From Candidatus Magasanikiibacteriota bacterium (GTDB lineage: Bacteria > Patescibacteriota > Patescibacteriia > Magasanikbacterales > GWA2-37-8): 64,000 bases of DNA. This document shows, in pieces, positions 1 to 10,170 of this stretch; position 1 is the stretch's first letter, and each line of letters opens with the position of its first letter. The stretch lies in assembly GCA_963840935.1 (NCBI GenBank), contig CAWJAS010000001.1:320875-384874 (forward strand), written 5' to 3'. Made by a program: the position numbers and the translations under genes. Below the pieces are notes generated by a model. It saw only the letters and a list, made by a program, of their open reading frames with translations, was not told the origin of the DNA and made no database searches.

Positions 1-2
1 TT

Positions 3-206
3 GTGTCTAAAGAAGTTAAAATCATCGACCCTCCTTTGGACACTATAATTACAAAAGTTATTCCGGCTTTGACCGAGGAGCAGATTAAAGCCATGGAGGA
101 AGAAGGAAAGGCCGTTGAAGATGTGTCAAAAATAGAATCTTCGGCGCCGAAGAAAGCGGAAGAAGGTGAAGGAGGAGAAGAACCTGTAAAAAAAGAAGAA
201 AAATAA
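3..206 (+). CDS. C-terminal fragment of an unidentified acidic protein; the gene starts upstream of the window
   Basis: ORF runs to the window edge. Glu/Lys-rich tail (…PKKAEEGEGGEEPVKKEEK). A hairpin plus T-run follows at 219-250. Confidence 0.3.
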   Translation: MSKEVKIIDPPLDTIITKVIPALTEEQIKAMEEEGKAVEDVSKIESSAPKKAEEGEGGEEPVKKEEK

Positions 207-218
207 ATATCAATAAAT

Positions 219-250
219 CCCGTCAGTCGCTACTGACGGGATTTTATGTT
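219..250 (+). terminator. Rho-independent terminator
   Basis: CCCGTCAGT-cgct-ACTGACGGG stem followed by ATTTTATGTT. Confidence 0.6.
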
Positions 251-261
251 AAAATAGCTTT

Positions 262-1320
262 ATGAATATTACTAAAGATAAGCTATTGATTGGTATAAGC
301 GCTGGCGCCATGTTTTTGGCTCTATTATTTTTGGCCATACTTTTTTATTTCGCTCATATCAATAATATTTCGGTGCAATTTGATGAGGAAAATTTATCCG
401 GCGTTCAGAAACAGCCGGAGTTCATATATTTTAGCCGTTTAACAGGCATTGGCGTAATAAATAAAGAAGAAGAGACCCCCAGAATCACGGCAGTAATGAT
501 AAATAATAATCCCGAGGGATATCCGATAATCGGAATAAATGAAGCCTCGGTTGTATATGAGGTTCCGGTGGAAGGAAATATTACTCGTTTTATGGCGATA
601 TTTTCGGAAAATTCTTTGGTCGAAAAAGTTGGCCCGGTCAGAAGTGCTCGCCCCTATTATTTGGATTGGCTCCAAGAATACGGCGACGCCATGTATATGC
701 ATTGTGGCGGTTCTCAAGAAAGTTTGACATTAATTAAAAAAAGAAAAATTTTTGATGCCGATGAATTCTCGCGCACAAAATATTTTTGGCGCGACAAAAC
801 TCGTTTGGCGCCTCATAATTTGTATACAAGCGCGGAAAATTGGAAAAATTATTTTGAGGATTATGGAGTAAACAGAGAGTCCAAAGATTGGACGGGATGG
901 AAATTCGGAGATTTGTCAGCCACAAACACGGAAAATATCGATTTTGTGTCTATTGGATATGGAAAATATTTTAATATCGGTTGGCGCTTTGACGAAGACA
1001 AAGATAATTACGTTAGGCAAATTAATGAGGAAATTTTTTTGGATCAAAATAACCAGACGGTTACAACCACAAATTTAATAATCCAATTCGCGTCAATTAG
1101 AATTGTTGATGAATTGGGGCGGAGGGAAATTGAAACAATCGGCCAGGGAGAAGCCAGAGTGTTTCGAAATGGAATGATGGTTAGGGGAAAATGGAAAAAA
1201 GAAACGCTTGATTCGCGTACCTTATTTTTTGACGAGGAAGATAACGAAATCAAGCTCGCGTCCGGCAAAACATGGCTCATGATTGTGCCATTAAAAACAA
1301 ATATCACTGTTTCAAATTAG
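262..1320 (+). CDS. DUF3048 (YerB-like) membrane-anchored protein
   Basis: N-terminal TM helix. The stretch AVMINNNPEGYPIIGINEASVVYEVPVEGNITRFMAIF matches the DUF3048 core (AVMIDNHP-ARPQSGL--ADIVYE--VEGGITRFMAIF). Confidence 0.55.
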   Translation: MNITKDKLLIGISAGAMFLALLFLAILFYFAHINNISVQFDEENLSGVQKQPEFIYFSRLTGIGVINKEEETPRITAVMINNNPEGYPIIGINEASVVYEVPVEGNITRFMAIFSENSLVEKVGPVRSARPYYLDWLQEYGDAMYMHCGGSQESLTLIKKRKIFDADEFSRTKYFWRDKTRLAPHNLYTSAENWKNYFEDYGVNRESKDWTGWKFGDLSATNTENIDFVSIGYGKYFNIGWRFDEDKDNYVRQINEEIFLDQNNQTVTTTNLIIQFASIRIVDELGRREIETIGQGEARVFRNGMMVRGKWKKETLDSRTLFFDEEDNEIKLASGKTWLMIVPLKTNITVSN

Positions 1321-2182
1321 GCCACGCCTCGATTGCGACCAGTCGGTCGTGTCCGGCCAGGTCTTTTTTTATTTCAATTTTTGCTTTAGAAAAATATTTG
1401 CCAGCCAACAATACAGCGTCTTTTGATTGGCGCGGGTCGATTTCAATTAAAATATTAATTGGGTAATTAACATGAGATAAAAAAGAGGATATTTGTTCGA
1501 ATAATTTGTCGTATAAAAATAAGCCATTTGAGTTGTCGGATACCAAAGCAATTTTGGGTTCATGCTGAATTGATTTTTCCGAAGCGAACTGCTTTGCCGT
1601 CAGATAGGGGAGATTGGCGGTAATTAACATGTTTGAACAATCGGCGATAAGAGTCGGGTTATCTAAAATCGGCAAAAACAAATCGCCATGCAAAAAGTCA
1701 ATTTTTAAATTATGTTTTTTGGAATTTTTTTTGGCTATTCGCAAAGCTCGGCGTGATTTATCAATGGCAATGGCGCGCAGATTCGCGTGATTTGATTTTT
1801 TTAAAATAGAAATTGGTATACAACCCGTGCCGGTGCCGATATCAATCAAAAATATTTTTTTATCACGCAAATTCTTCATTATTTGGATTGACGTTTCAAC
1901 CATAGTTTCAGTTTCCGGGCGGGGGATAAGCGTGTGTTTATTAACAAAAAAAGTAAGTCCGTAAAATTCATTATTACCAAAAATATAGGCAAGCGGAATA
2001 TTTTTTTTGAGCTTATTCAAAGCCTGATTGATTTTTATTCTTTCAATAATATTATATTTTTTTTCAGGATGAGCCAGCACATAAGCTAAGTCGCGATTAA
2101 TAATATTCGCGGTAATTATTTGCGCCGTTTTATATTGGTTTTCGCTAATTTTATTTGATTCAAATATTTTTTTCAAAAACAT
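1304..2182 (-). CDS. prmC: Release factor glutamine N5-methyltransferase PrmC/HemK
   Basis: NEFYGLTFFVNKHTLIPRPETE, SAM motif IDIGTGTGCI, NPPY-type motif ANLPY, C-terminal DLAGHDRLV. Adjacent to prfA. Start probably at the internal Met (2182) rather than 2227. Confidence 0.75.
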   Translation of the reverse strand: MFLKKIFESNKISENQYKTAQIITANIINRDLAYVLAHPEKKYNIIERIKINQALNKLKKNIPLAYIFGNNEFYGLTFFVNKHTLIPRPETETMVETSIQIMKNLRDKKIFLIDIGTGTGCIPISILKKSNHANLRAIAIDKSRRALRIAKKNSKKHNLKIDFLHGDLFLPILDNPTLIADCSNMLITANLPYLTAKQFASEKSIQHEPKIALVSDNSNGLFLYDKLFEQISSFLSHVNYPINILIEIDPRQSKDAVLLAGKYFSKAKIEIKKDLAGHDRLVAIEAWPNLKQ

Positions 2183-3653
2183 AAAAATAATAAACACCAA
2201 ATATGTCGGCCTTAATCGGCCCCTCAATCATTACCCAGTTATTACTAATTAAAGTATTTTTTAGTTTATTCATATAATCATATTCGCCTTCAAGTAAGAT
2301 AATATTTTTATAATTGTCTAACTCGTTGTCTTTGTACCAATCATTTTTTTCTTCATCGCTAAGCTGAATAAACAAATAATTTTTTTTAACCACCATATCA
2401 TCCCATTCCATGCCTTTATACAAAACAAGAGGTATGGCGGGTATTTCCAGATTACCTAAATATCTGTCGATTTGAAATTTTAAAATGTAGTTGTTATAAA
2501 TGAATACATTATAATTTTTTTCTCCCGTCGAATGATTGGTAATATGTTGCTTGGCTGATTCCCAACTGGTTAAAGGCAGGGTGTTAAATAAATTTATAAT
2601 TCCCGACAAACAAATTAAAAAAATAATAATAAATGAAATAATTTTTTGCCTAAATAAATTATTCAGCGCGACGGCAAAAATTAACGTAAACAACGGCAAA
2701 ATAGAAATAAAGAATTTTATATGCCAAACGCCGAACATTAAAGAAAAGAATATCGGCCAAAAAAATAAAACAATTAATATCCCGAATCGGCGTTTTTCTT
2801 CTTCTTCGCTGTTTTGCTTATTCGCAAAATAATAAATGATGGCGACAAAAAATAATATAAGAAATATTGTACCAAACCAAATATTAATTTGTCCGGCGAC
2901 CAAATTAAATAACGGGTTAACGGCCGAGTTGAATGAATGTTTGATATTTAAAAACCACGAGTTTGCCAGGTTGTTGTTAAATTTTATTAATATGGCTGAA
3001 ATAATCCAAGCACCCCCCAAAAGCAAGGGAATTAAATTATCTCGACCCCATTGTTTAACGGCCTTTAATCCCTTTGTTACAAATAGTATTATTATTTGTC
3101 CGGCTATAAAAAATATCGCGCTTAAATGTGAAATTAATAAAAAGAAAGTTATTATTTTTTGGCCCAATATGTTTTTTTTATTTTTTTCGCCGTTGATGTA
3201 TATTTTGAAAAAATAAAAAGATGAACAAACAACAAGAAAAATCATAAATATATATACTCGGGCGGTAGCCGACCAAAATATGTGGTAAGGGTGAAGGGCC
3301 AAATAAAAAGCCGATAGAATTGCGATGTATTTGCCAAATAAATCTTTACCAAATAAATATAACATGGCCACGGTGGCGGTCCCCATAATTACTCCGGGCA
3401 AACGGGCAAAAAATTCAGTTGCCGGAACAATAAAAAACCAAAGCTTTAATATTAATAAATGAAGCGGGGGATTGGTTTCCCAAAGCCAATATAATAATCC
3501 TTCCGGCCAAGGTTTTTGACTGTAAATAAAATTAAACATTTCATCGTCCCAAAAATCGCCATATTTGGCAAGCGCCAAAATTCGTAAAAAAAGGGCCAAA
3601 AAAATTATCCCGGCAATTAGCCAATTATTTTTTAAATATTTTATGAGAAACAT
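2160..3653 (-). CDS. GT-C fold glycosyltransferase, family 39/83 (PMT/ArnT-like)
   Basis: More than 10 predicted TM helices. A DE motif sits in the first loop (GDFWDDEMF), which is typical of PMT/ArnT-family transferases. Confidence 0.5.
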   Translation of the reverse strand: MFLIKYLKNNWLIAGIIFLALFLRILALAKYGDFWDDEMFNFIYSQKPWPEGLLYWLWETNPPLHLLILKLWFFIVPATEFFARLPGVIMGTATVAMLYLFGKDLFGKYIAILSAFYLALHPYHIFWSATARVYIFMIFLVVCSSFYFFKIYINGEKNKKNILGQKIITFFLLISHLSAIFFIAGQIIILFVTKGLKAVKQWGRDNLIPLLLGGAWIISAILIKFNNNLANSWFLNIKHSFNSAVNPLFNLVAGQINIWFGTIFLILFFVAIIYYFANKQNSEEEEKRRFGILIVLFFWPIFFSLMFGVWHIKFFISILPLFTLIFAVALNNLFRQKIISFIIIFLICLSGIINLFNTLPLTSWESAKQHITNHSTGEKNYNVFIYNNYILKFQIDRYLGNLEIPAIPLVLYKGMEWDDMVVKKNYLFIQLSDEEKNDWYKDNELDNYKNIILLEGEYDYMNKLKNTLISNNWVMIEGPIKADIFGVYYFYVFEKNI

Positions 3654-3655
3654 GG

Positions 3656-4720
3656 TTATTGATTATTGTCTTCGGCTTGGCGAAGGGCGGAAATAATCGG
3701 TTCCAAATCACCTTCCATTATTTGTTTTATGTTGTTGAAGTTTTGATTGATGCGATGGTCGGTGATTCGATCTTGAGGAAAATTGTATGTTCTTATTTTT
3801 TCGCTTCTATCGCCACTGCCGATTTGCGTTTTTCTTTTTTCCGACATTTCTTTTTCTTTTTTTTCTCTTTCCATTTCAAATAATCTGGCACGCAATACAT
3901 TCATCGCTTTTTCTTTGTTAGCCATTTGCGAGCGTTCGTCTTGGCATTGCACCACTAGTCCGGATGGCACATGCACGATGCGAATGGCGGAGTAGGTGGT
4001 GTTAACACTTTGCCCGCCGTGGCCACCGGCACAAAAAGTATCGATTCTCAAATCCTTCGCGTCAATTTTCATTTCTTTCTCTTCAATTTCCGGTAATACG
4101 GCCACTGTAATGGTTGAAGTATGCACGCGACCGGATTTTTCCGTTTCCGGCACTCTTTGCACGCGGTGAACTCCCATTTCATATTTTAAATCTTTATAAA
4201 CACCGCCGGATGAAGCGCCCCCTTTAATGGAGAAGATTATTTCTTTAAAACCGCCTATTCCGATTGAACTTGAATCGATAATTGATGTTTTCCAATTATT
4301 TTTTTCCGCGTATTTTGTGTAGAGCCTAAAAAGTTCTGCCGCAAAAAGCGCCGACTCATCGCCTCCGGCCGCCGCTCTTATTTCAACGATAACATTTTTT
4401 TTGTCCATCGGGTCGCGAGGTTTGGTGATTTCTTTTAATTCATTTTCGATTTGAATAATTTTTTCCTCCAGTTCACAAATTTCCATCTTGGCCATTTGAC
4501 GCAAATCTTCGTCAGTTTCAGATTCGATAATTTTTTTGTCATCAACAATTTTATTTTCAATTTTTTCAAGTTCGATAATTTTTTCGGCAACAAGTTTTAT
4601 GTCCGAATACTCTTGGGAAATTTCTTTTAATTTTTCGGGGTCGCCAGAAATTTTCGGGTCGGCTAAATTATTTTCCAATTGGAGATATTTATTTTTTATT
4701 TCCAAGTATTTATTTTGCAT
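3656..4720 (-). CDS. prfA: Peptide chain release factor 1
   Basis: GGQ motif ([13 protein letters not shown]). [27 protein letters not shown] aligns to the RF1 P-x-T region. Lies upstream of prmC. Confidence 0.85.
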   Translation of the reverse strand: MQNKYLEIKNKYLQLENNLADPKISGDPEKLKEISQEYSDIKLVAEKIIELEKIENKIVDDKKIIESETDEDLRQMAKMEICELEEKIIQIENELKEITKPRDPMDKKNVIVEIRAAAGGDESALFAAELFRLYTKYAEKNNWKTSIIDSSSIGIGGFKEIIFSIKGGASSGGVYKDLKYEMGVHRVQRVPETEKSGRVHTSTITVAVLPEIEEKEMKIDAKDLRIDTFCAGGHGGQSVNTTYSAIRIVHVPSGLVVQCQDERSQMANKEKAMNVLRARLFEMEREKKEKEMSEKRKTQIGSGDRSEKIRTYNFPQDRITDHRINQNFNNIKQIMEGDLEPIISALRQAEDNNQ

Positions 4721-4721
4721 A

Positions 4722-6179
4722 TTATTTATTTTTTAATCCGTCTCTGATTAGTTTTTTGGCTTTCCGCGTGGCCACAAATTTGAGCCATTTTTTATGTACG
4801 GTTTTTTTATCTTCGCTTTTAACTTCCACCACGTCGTTTGAACGCAGTTTATAATCAATTTCCACCGGCATGCCGTTAACTATCGCGCATTTATAATGGT
4901 CGCCCAAATCAGCGTGCAGAGCGTAGGCGTAATCAAGCGGGGTGGCGTCTTCCGGCAAATCAATCACATCTCCTTTAGGTGTTAAAACAAATATTCTGTT
5001 ATGAAACAAATCGATTTTTACGGAGTTCATAACATTATCCAGTTCTCTTTTTATCTTTAATTCTTTTTGGATGGAAGCCAGTTCCTTCATCCATGCGGTA
5101 TGTTTTTTAATTGTATTTTTTTTGCAAAATTGCTCTTCTTGATAAAGCCAGTGTGCGGCAATGCCGTGTTCCGCCTCGTTTTCCATTTCTAAAGTTCGGA
5201 TTTGGAATTCAATTACCGCACCATCAGAAAAAACATTAGTATGAAGTGAGCGATAACCGTTTGGTTTTGGCTGGGCGATATAATCTTTAATTCTTCTGGG
5301 CAAAGGCTTGCAGTGCCGGTGAATTAAGCCAAGTAAAGCATAACAGCTCGGCACATCTTCTACTGTTATTCTAACCACAATAAAGTCAAATATTTTTTTA
5401 ATATTACGTTCATAGCAAAGAAGTTTTCGGTACAGAGCATATAAATTTTTTTGTCGGCCCTTAATGCCGATAATTCTTATTTTTAATTTTTTTGCGTCGT
5501 TTTTTACTTCCTCGATAATTTTTTTTATCATTTCCTTATTTTTTTCAATATATTCATCAGCAATATTTTTTACCCAATCATATTCTCTTGGGTCCAAGTA
5601 TTTAAATGAAAGGTCTTCCAGTTCTTGCTTTATTTTTTCCATTCCCAATCTGCCGGCGATCGGAGCGTATATTTCCAAACTCTCTTTTGCCATTCTATCC
5701 TGTTTTTCTTTTGGCAAAAATTCCAATGTTTTTAAATTATCGATTCTGTCGGCAAATTTAATAAATACAATTTGCACGTCTTTGGCCATGGCCAAAAACA
5801 TTCGACGCAGATTTTCGGCGTATTTATCTTCCCCGGAATATTTTAAACTGTCGAGCAAACCTTCACCAACGATTAATTTCAAAATTTTATAACCATATTC
5901 TTTTTTTATTTGTTCTTTGCTTATTTGCGTGTATTCCAAAATGTCATGGAGCATTCCCGCGATTATTATTTCAGGCGTCATTCGCCATTCCGCTAATAGT
6001 TCAGCCACAGCCAAGGAATGTTCGATTTGTAATCTGCCGGAGGCTCTTTTTTGTTCACCAAAAGATGCCTCCGCCAAATTATAGGCTTTTTCAATGTTTA
6101 TTAGGTCTTCTGATTTATAACCGCCATTCTCTATAATCTTCGCTATCAATTGATTAATTTTTGGGTTTTCTTTGCTCAT
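4722..6179 (-). CDS. rel: RelA/SpoT-homologue (p)ppGpp synthetase/hydrolase, short form ending after the TGS domain
   Basis: HD motif (MLHDILEYT), synthetase motif ([17 protein letters not shown]), TGS domain ([27 protein letters not shown]). No ACT/RRM C-terminus. Confidence 0.8.
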   Translation of the reverse strand: MSKENPKINQLIAKIIENGGYKSEDLINIEKAYNLAEASFGEQKRASGRLQIEHSLAVAELLAEWRMTPEIIIAGMLHDILEYTQISKEQIKKEYGYKILKLIVGEGLLDSLKYSGEDKYAENLRRMFLAMAKDVQIVFIKFADRIDNLKTLEFLPKEKQDRMAKESLEIYAPIAGRLGMEKIKQELEDLSFKYLDPREYDWVKNIADEYIEKNKEMIKKIIEEVKNDAKKLKIRIIGIKGRQKNLYALYRKLLCYERNIKKIFDFIVVRITVEDVPSCYALLGLIHRHCKPLPRRIKDYIAQPKPNGYRSLHTNVFSDGAVIEFQIRTLEMENEAEHGIAAHWLYQEEQFCKKNTIKKHTAWMKELASIQKELKIKRELDNVMNSVKIDLFHNRIFVLTPKGDVIDLPEDATPLDYAYALHADLGDHYKCAIVNGMPVEIDYKLRSNDVVEVKSEDKKTVHKKWLKFVATRKAKKLIRDGLKNK

Positions 6180-6185
6180 AATATA

Positions 6186-6238
6186 TAAAAAAGCGCCCCG
6201 TCATCATAACCAGTATATCGGTTATTTTAACGGGGCGC
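6186..6238 (-). terminator. Rho-independent terminator of the 6258-7496 gene
   Basis: GCGCCCCG … CGGGGCGC stem of 8 bp enclosing an inner ATAACC/GGTTAT stem. An A-run on the + strand gives a T-run on the - strand. Confidence 0.55.
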
Positions 6239-6257
6239 AATGGCCTTTACCCTCTGT

Positions 6258-7496
6258 TTATGCTAGCGGAAGTTTCCGGTTTTCTCGGTCAATGCGGTCA
6301 ATGATGTGCTTTTGGCACGCCATGCGCACTTTCTGGTCCTCCCAATCAATCCCGTAGAGACTTTTTGGAAAGAGTTGCGAAAACAAACCTTCTGCTTCCG
6401 TGTACCACCGCAGGTGGTAAAGAGCGTGGTTTTCAGAACAAGAAGAATGCAAGATGTTCACGAGGTCGCGCGCCAGAACGTGCTGTATTTCTCGCACTGT
6501 GCCGTTAAGATACACATTCTGACTTTTCAGCTTGATGTTTTTGCTCGCGTGCTTGTTGGCCATGTGTATTCTTCGTACACGGCAATCGTGGTGAACTTGA
6601 TTTTGCGCGATAAAAGCGGTACCCCTGTCGAGATATCGGTTGCTGAAGTACGCGAAGCGCACTCCGTGTATGTCGGGCACATCCGTCATCATCTCGATTT
6701 GCGGGTCTCTAAATCGCCGGGCAAACGCTTCCATGTGGTCTTTTTTTCGCGCTTGAACAATCGCCTCTATTTTTTGTTTATGAGAATGAAGCCTGGTTCT
6801 GACCACCATCCAGTTTACTTTTTTCGCGAGCACCCGTAGTCCGGCGCGTTCTCGTTTTTTTGGCGGTTTGGTGAAAATCCTGCAGCGCCATCCGTCATTT
6901 TCATCCAGGTAGAAAATAATTTCTTTCTCTTCGACCTGGGCGTCGATTCTTAGCCACCGCATGAAATCCACCAGTTTTTCAAAATCACCGCCATCGTTTT
7001 GGGAATTCACACCCAAACGATTTTGTGTTATGGAAATAAAGAAGTACTGGGCAGCCAGCTCCATCGCTCTGACGAATTCGAATTCATCTCTACCGGCAAG
7101 GCCGCCTCCGGCTCCTCGAAGATGAGATAAAACGCGAAGAGGGTCACAATTATGGTAGTTTTGTGGCATAAGATGTTGATGCCACACTGTCGGGATGTAT
7201 TTTTTTATTCGGCAGGCGATATCGCCTTCCGCCCTCTTCATTTCATCGGCAAAAATGCTGACTGCTTCTCTGCGCAGTTCGTCAGCTCCCTCCGGCATTA
7301 TGGAGGAAATAATGGAAATAAAACTCTCTTTCATGCTCTCCGTTCCGGTTTCACCGGGTTGGAGTTTGTTTGAATCGTCAAAAACGATGTCGGCCGTCTT
7401 AAGCCATTTGTTAATGCTCAAACAAAAATAGTTCTGCTTTAGTTCACGCAACGCCATGGCGCCACGTGAACTCTCGGTCGTCACTTCTTGCGCCAT
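6258..7496 (-). CDS. GC-rich orphan protein with a candidate nucleotidyltransferase-fold motif; product uncertain
   Basis: Start at the Met preceded by an AGGAGA SD (rc of 7497-7510). LRGAGGGLAGRDEFEFV fits hG[GSA]-x8-[DE]h[DE]h of pol-beta-type NTases. A possible third acidic residue lies at IIFYLDEND. C-terminal RVRRIH resembles HEPN Rx4H. GC visibly higher than in neighbouring genes. Confidence 0.4.
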   Translation of the reverse strand: MAQEVTTESSRGAMALRELKQNYFCLSINKWLKTADIVFDDSNKLQPGETGTESMKESFISIISSIMPEGADELRREAVSIFADEMKRAEGDIACRIKKYIPTVWHQHLMPQNYHNCDPLRVLSHLRGAGGGLAGRDEFEFVRAMELAAQYFFISITQNRLGVNSQNDGGDFEKLVDFMRWLRIDAQVEEKEIIFYLDENDGWRCRIFTKPPKKRERAGLRVLAKKVNWMVVRTRLHSHKQKIEAIVQARKKDHMEAFARRFRDPQIEMMTDVPDIHGVRFAYFSNRYLDRGTAFIAQNQVHHDCRVRRIHMANKHASKNIKLKSQNVYLNGTVREIQHVLARDLVNILHSSCSENHALYHLRWYTEAEGLFSQLFPKSLYGIDWEDQKVRMACQKHIIDRIDRENRKLPLA

Positions 7497-7670
7497 GTTT
7501 TTTCTCCTTGTTTTGATTTTCAATGAACATATTGTCAAAGCGGGCATTAAAAGCGCTATTTAATAGCGTCCTTGTTTGCCAGCCAGTATTTTTCACTATT
7601 CTCCATTAGTAGAATAGCATTATTTTATAACACAATCAGGCCAAAATGTCAATGCCCAGGATGTAACAAA

Positions 7671-7698
7671 AAACCCTGTAAAAACAGGGTTTATTTGG
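7671..7698 (-). terminator. Rho-independent terminator of rpmE
   Basis: AAACCCTG-taaaaa-CAGGGTTT hairpin. The A-run at 7665-7670 gives the T-run on the - strand. Confidence 0.65.
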
Positions 7699-7702
7699 GA
7701 TG

Positions 7703-7984
7703 TTATTCGGCTTTAACCGGTTTTTTGCTTTTTGCCGCCTTTTTTACGGCCTTCTTAGCTTTTTTTGAGACCGCTTTGCCGGTTTGTTTCTTGGCTCTTT
7801 CTTCGAATTTTTCCACTCGGCGAGCAGTATCCACGAATTTTTGTTTTCCGGTGTAAAACGGATGGCATTGGTCGCATAATTCTATACGGATTTCTTTGAG
7901 AGTACTGCCTGTTTTGAAGGTGTTTCCGCAGGCGCAAGTAACCACGCAATCCTCGTTAAACTCAGGATGAATGTCTTTTTTCAT
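7703..7984 (-). CDS. rpmE: 50S ribosomal protein L31 with a Lys/Ala-rich C-terminal tail
   Basis: MKKDIHPEF…CACGN…[12 protein letters not shown] matches L31. The C-terminal ~35 aa are [15 protein letters not shown]-like. Confidence 0.85.
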   Translation of the reverse strand: MKKDIHPEFNEDCVVTCACGNTFKTGSTLKEIRIELCDQCHPFYTGKQKFVDTARRVEKFEERAKKQTGKAVSKKAKKAVKKAAKSKKPVKAE

Positions 7985-8011
7985 ATTTTTTTGTATTTTT
8001 TTGGCTTAATC

Positions 8012-8063
8012 TTGACTTTTTGGTCAAAATGTGCTATAATTAACTGTTTAAAAGTGCTATAAT
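8012..8063 (+). promoter_or_regulatory. Tandem sigma70-type promoters for the PP2C gene
   Basis: TTGACT-17-TATAAT at 8012-8040. A second extended -10 (TGCTATAAT) at 8055-8063. The GTGCTATAAT motif recurs at other promoters in the window. Confidence 0.6.
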
Positions 8064-8108
8064 CATAGCATAAAAAATAATATTGTCAACCCCCTAAAAT
8101 AAATAAAT

Positions 8109-9341
8109 ATGTTCGGATTATTCGCCAAAAAAAGATCGCCGGAAAATATGGTATTTACACCGCCGGCAAAAGAGTCAAAAAAACCGCCGGTTGACGCTGT
8201 GGCTGATTTTTTGGCTGAATTTGAAACAGGCGAAAAATTGCCGGATAATGAGGTTGGTTTAGAAGCAAATGAATTAAACGAAAGTTATTTTAATGCAAAT
8301 ATTTCTGCTGAATGTATTGGTAAAGAAGAAGAACATCAGAAGTGGCAAGTCGAGGATCGTCTGGTGTCTTTGCAAGAGGGTAGAATTATTGGTGTATTTG
8401 ATGGTCTTGATTCATCAGCGTCAAATGATGGCGCTGGCCATAAAATATATCAAAATCATGGCTATAAAGCGAGTGAGGTGGCTGCTCGTTCATTCACCGA
8501 ATCGTATAAAAATGCAAAAATTGCTAAAACAAAAGAGGAAGCGGAAAAGGCAATGCTTGATGCCATGATTCTTGCGAATTCTCGAGTTCGAGTTGAAAAA
8601 TTATCAAAATCAGAAGATAAAGGCATTGGTACAACTTTTGTCGGTGCCGAAGTTTGGCGAGATAAAAAAACAGGCGAAGCCATGCTTACTGTTGGTAACG
8701 CCGGCGACAGTATAGCTTTTTTGTATAGAGATGGAAAATTAGAAAGAATTAGTACTGAACACTCAATGGTTAATTTTTTAAACAAACAACACGGATTGGC
8801 TATTAATGATCAAAATAATGATACATTCGAAATGACATTACGCGAATATGTGTCAACAAGTAATGTTACGCTAACTGAATCTTTATCACGAGTGTTGTCT
8901 GCGCCGGCTAGAAAAGATGCTGTGACCGGCAAAGTAATCACAATCGGAGAAACAACAGTAGGCAATTTACGAAATTTAACGGTGGGCGGGCTTGGTAATA
9001 GAGATATCAAGGCCGAAGATAAGTTAAGTGATTTAGAAATGAGTATTAAAACAATTGATTTGCGCAAGGGTGATAAAATTCTTATGTGCAGTGACGGTTT
9101 GTCTGATTCCACTAGCGATACTTCGATTGAACAAATAATTAAAGATTACGAATCCATGGGTGCCGATACTGTGCGCCAGGCCTTGATTGAAAAAGGTTTT
9201 GAAGCTCAAACTAATGCAACTAATATGCGAGCTAATAAGAAGGATGATGTTACTGTAGCATGGGTGGAATTTAACGGTTTTGAAGATGTAACAGAAATTG
9301 AACTGGATGAAGATAAATCAAGAGAATTGTCAGTCGCATAA
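8109..9341 (+). CDS. PP2C-family Ser/Thr protein phosphatase with an ~85-aa N-terminal extension
   Basis: IGVFDGLDSSASNDGAGH, GTTFVGAEVW…LTVGNAGDSIAFLYRDGKLERISTEHS and ILMCSDGLSD correspond to PPM motifs. Confidence 0.7.
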   Translation: MFGLFAKKRSPENMVFTPPAKESKKPPVDAVADFLAEFETGEKLPDNEVGLEANELNESYFNANISAECIGKEEEHQKWQVEDRLVSLQEGRIIGVFDGLDSSASNDGAGHKIYQNHGYKASEVAARSFTESYKNAKIAKTKEEAEKAMLDAMILANSRVRVEKLSKSEDKGIGTTFVGAEVWRDKKTGEAMLTVGNAGDSIAFLYRDGKLERISTEHSMVNFLNKQHGLAINDQNNDTFEMTLREYVSTSNVTLTESLSRVLSAPARKDAVTGKVITIGETTVGNLRNLTVGGLGNRDIKAEDKLSDLEMSIKTIDLRKGDKILMCSDGLSDSTSDTSIEQIIKDYESMGADTVRQALIEKGFEAQTNATNMRANKKDDVTVAWVEFNGFEDVTEIELDEDKSRELSVA

Positions 9342-9394
9342 AGTGCAAGTGAAGAAGACCTTGAAGAAATTGCGGTTTAATAAATATTTTAAAA

Positions 9395-9427
9395 ACTCCT
9401 TGTTCACATAGCAGGGAGTTTTTTTAT
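9395..9427 (+). terminator. Rho-independent terminator after the PP2C gene
   Basis: ACTCCTTG … CAGGGAGT stem (one G-U pair) followed by T7. Confidence 0.55.
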
Positions 9428-9454
9428 TTAAAAAATTACACATTCGGCTTTCTA

Positions 9455-9483
9455 TTGACAAGTTATTCGAATGGTGCTATATT
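9455..9483 (+). promoter_or_regulatory. Sigma70-type promoter
   Basis: TTGACA-17-TATATT with TGc extended -10. An AGGAGA SD lies before the ATG at 9542. Confidence 0.55.
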
Positions 9484-9541
9484 ACAACGTTATCATTTTC
9501 CGCTCTTTTTATTCTAAACCCCTCAACCAAGGAGACATCGC

Positions 9542-10006
9542 ATGTCCGAAGGAAATGTAATTATGGTTTCCTTCGGGAAGCCACCCCCTATTTCAAGTGT
9601 TAATAATGCCGGCAACGGTCGCGATGGTGCTTGTAACGCGCAAACTGCCCCTACAAGTATTATCGATAGAATCGCATGCAGAAATGGAGCTTTTTTTCAA
9701 CGCATGCGAATCAGAATGGTGGTGTCGGATAGTGGTGTGGTTGGTATAAAGATTGCCCTGTCTGTCGAAGACCGACAATGGATGGAGGATAATCTGTCTT
9801 TTGTTGAAACATACTTGTCTGGTATAACGACGATCCGCTTGCCGGATTGCGACCGCGAGTGGTCCGCATTGCCGAATAGCCGGCCGATAGTCGCTTTTTG
9901 TGAAGAAGCGACGGATATCGTTCGTTTCTATTTCTATACCGGAGAAGCGGACAAAGGCAAGGAGTCATATTCGGCTCCGCGAGTTCATTTTAATTTCGCG
10001 CAGTAA
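9542..10006 (+). CDS. Hypothetical protein (GC-rich orphan)
   Basis: Own promoter and SD. A terminator follows at 10037-10062. No recognisable motifs. Confidence 0.5.
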   Translation: MSEGNVIMVSFGKPPPISSVNNAGNGRDGACNAQTAPTSIIDRIACRNGAFFQRMRIRMVVSDSGVVGIKIALSVEDRQWMEDNLSFVETYLSGITTIRLPDCDREWSALPNSRPIVAFCEEATDIVRFYFYTGEADKGKESYSAPRVHFNFAQ

Positions 10007-10081
10007 GCAACTGCTGTGTGGAATGATTTTCCAAAACCGGGCTGAAAAGCTCGGTTTTTTTTGTTATTCTAAAACATTTGC

Positions 10082-10110
10082 TTGACTTTTTGCAAAAAGT
10101 GTGCTATAAT
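10082..10110 (+). promoter_or_regulatory. Sigma70-type promoter
   Basis: TTGACT-17-TATAAT (spacer ttttgcaaaaagtgtgc). Same architecture as the 8012 promoter. Confidence 0.6.
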
Positions 10111-10170
10111 GTATAGTACGATATTAAGTCGTATAGCATAATATTTATGCTTTAAACTAATAATAAATAT

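Noticed and set aside
6306-6839. 177-aa + strand ORF inside the GC-rich islet
   Set aside because: It is entirely antisense to the 412-aa - strand gene, which has an SD and a terminator. There is no SD or promoter on the + strand. High-GC DNA commonly yields long spurious antisense ORFs.
7548-7702. Terminal inverted repeats or a transposase for the GC-rich 412-aa gene
   Set aside because: No convincing IRs flank the gene, and there is no DDE or YREK motif. The only palindromes are a terminator hairpin and short AGCGCT-type sites, so an IS-element call is not supported.
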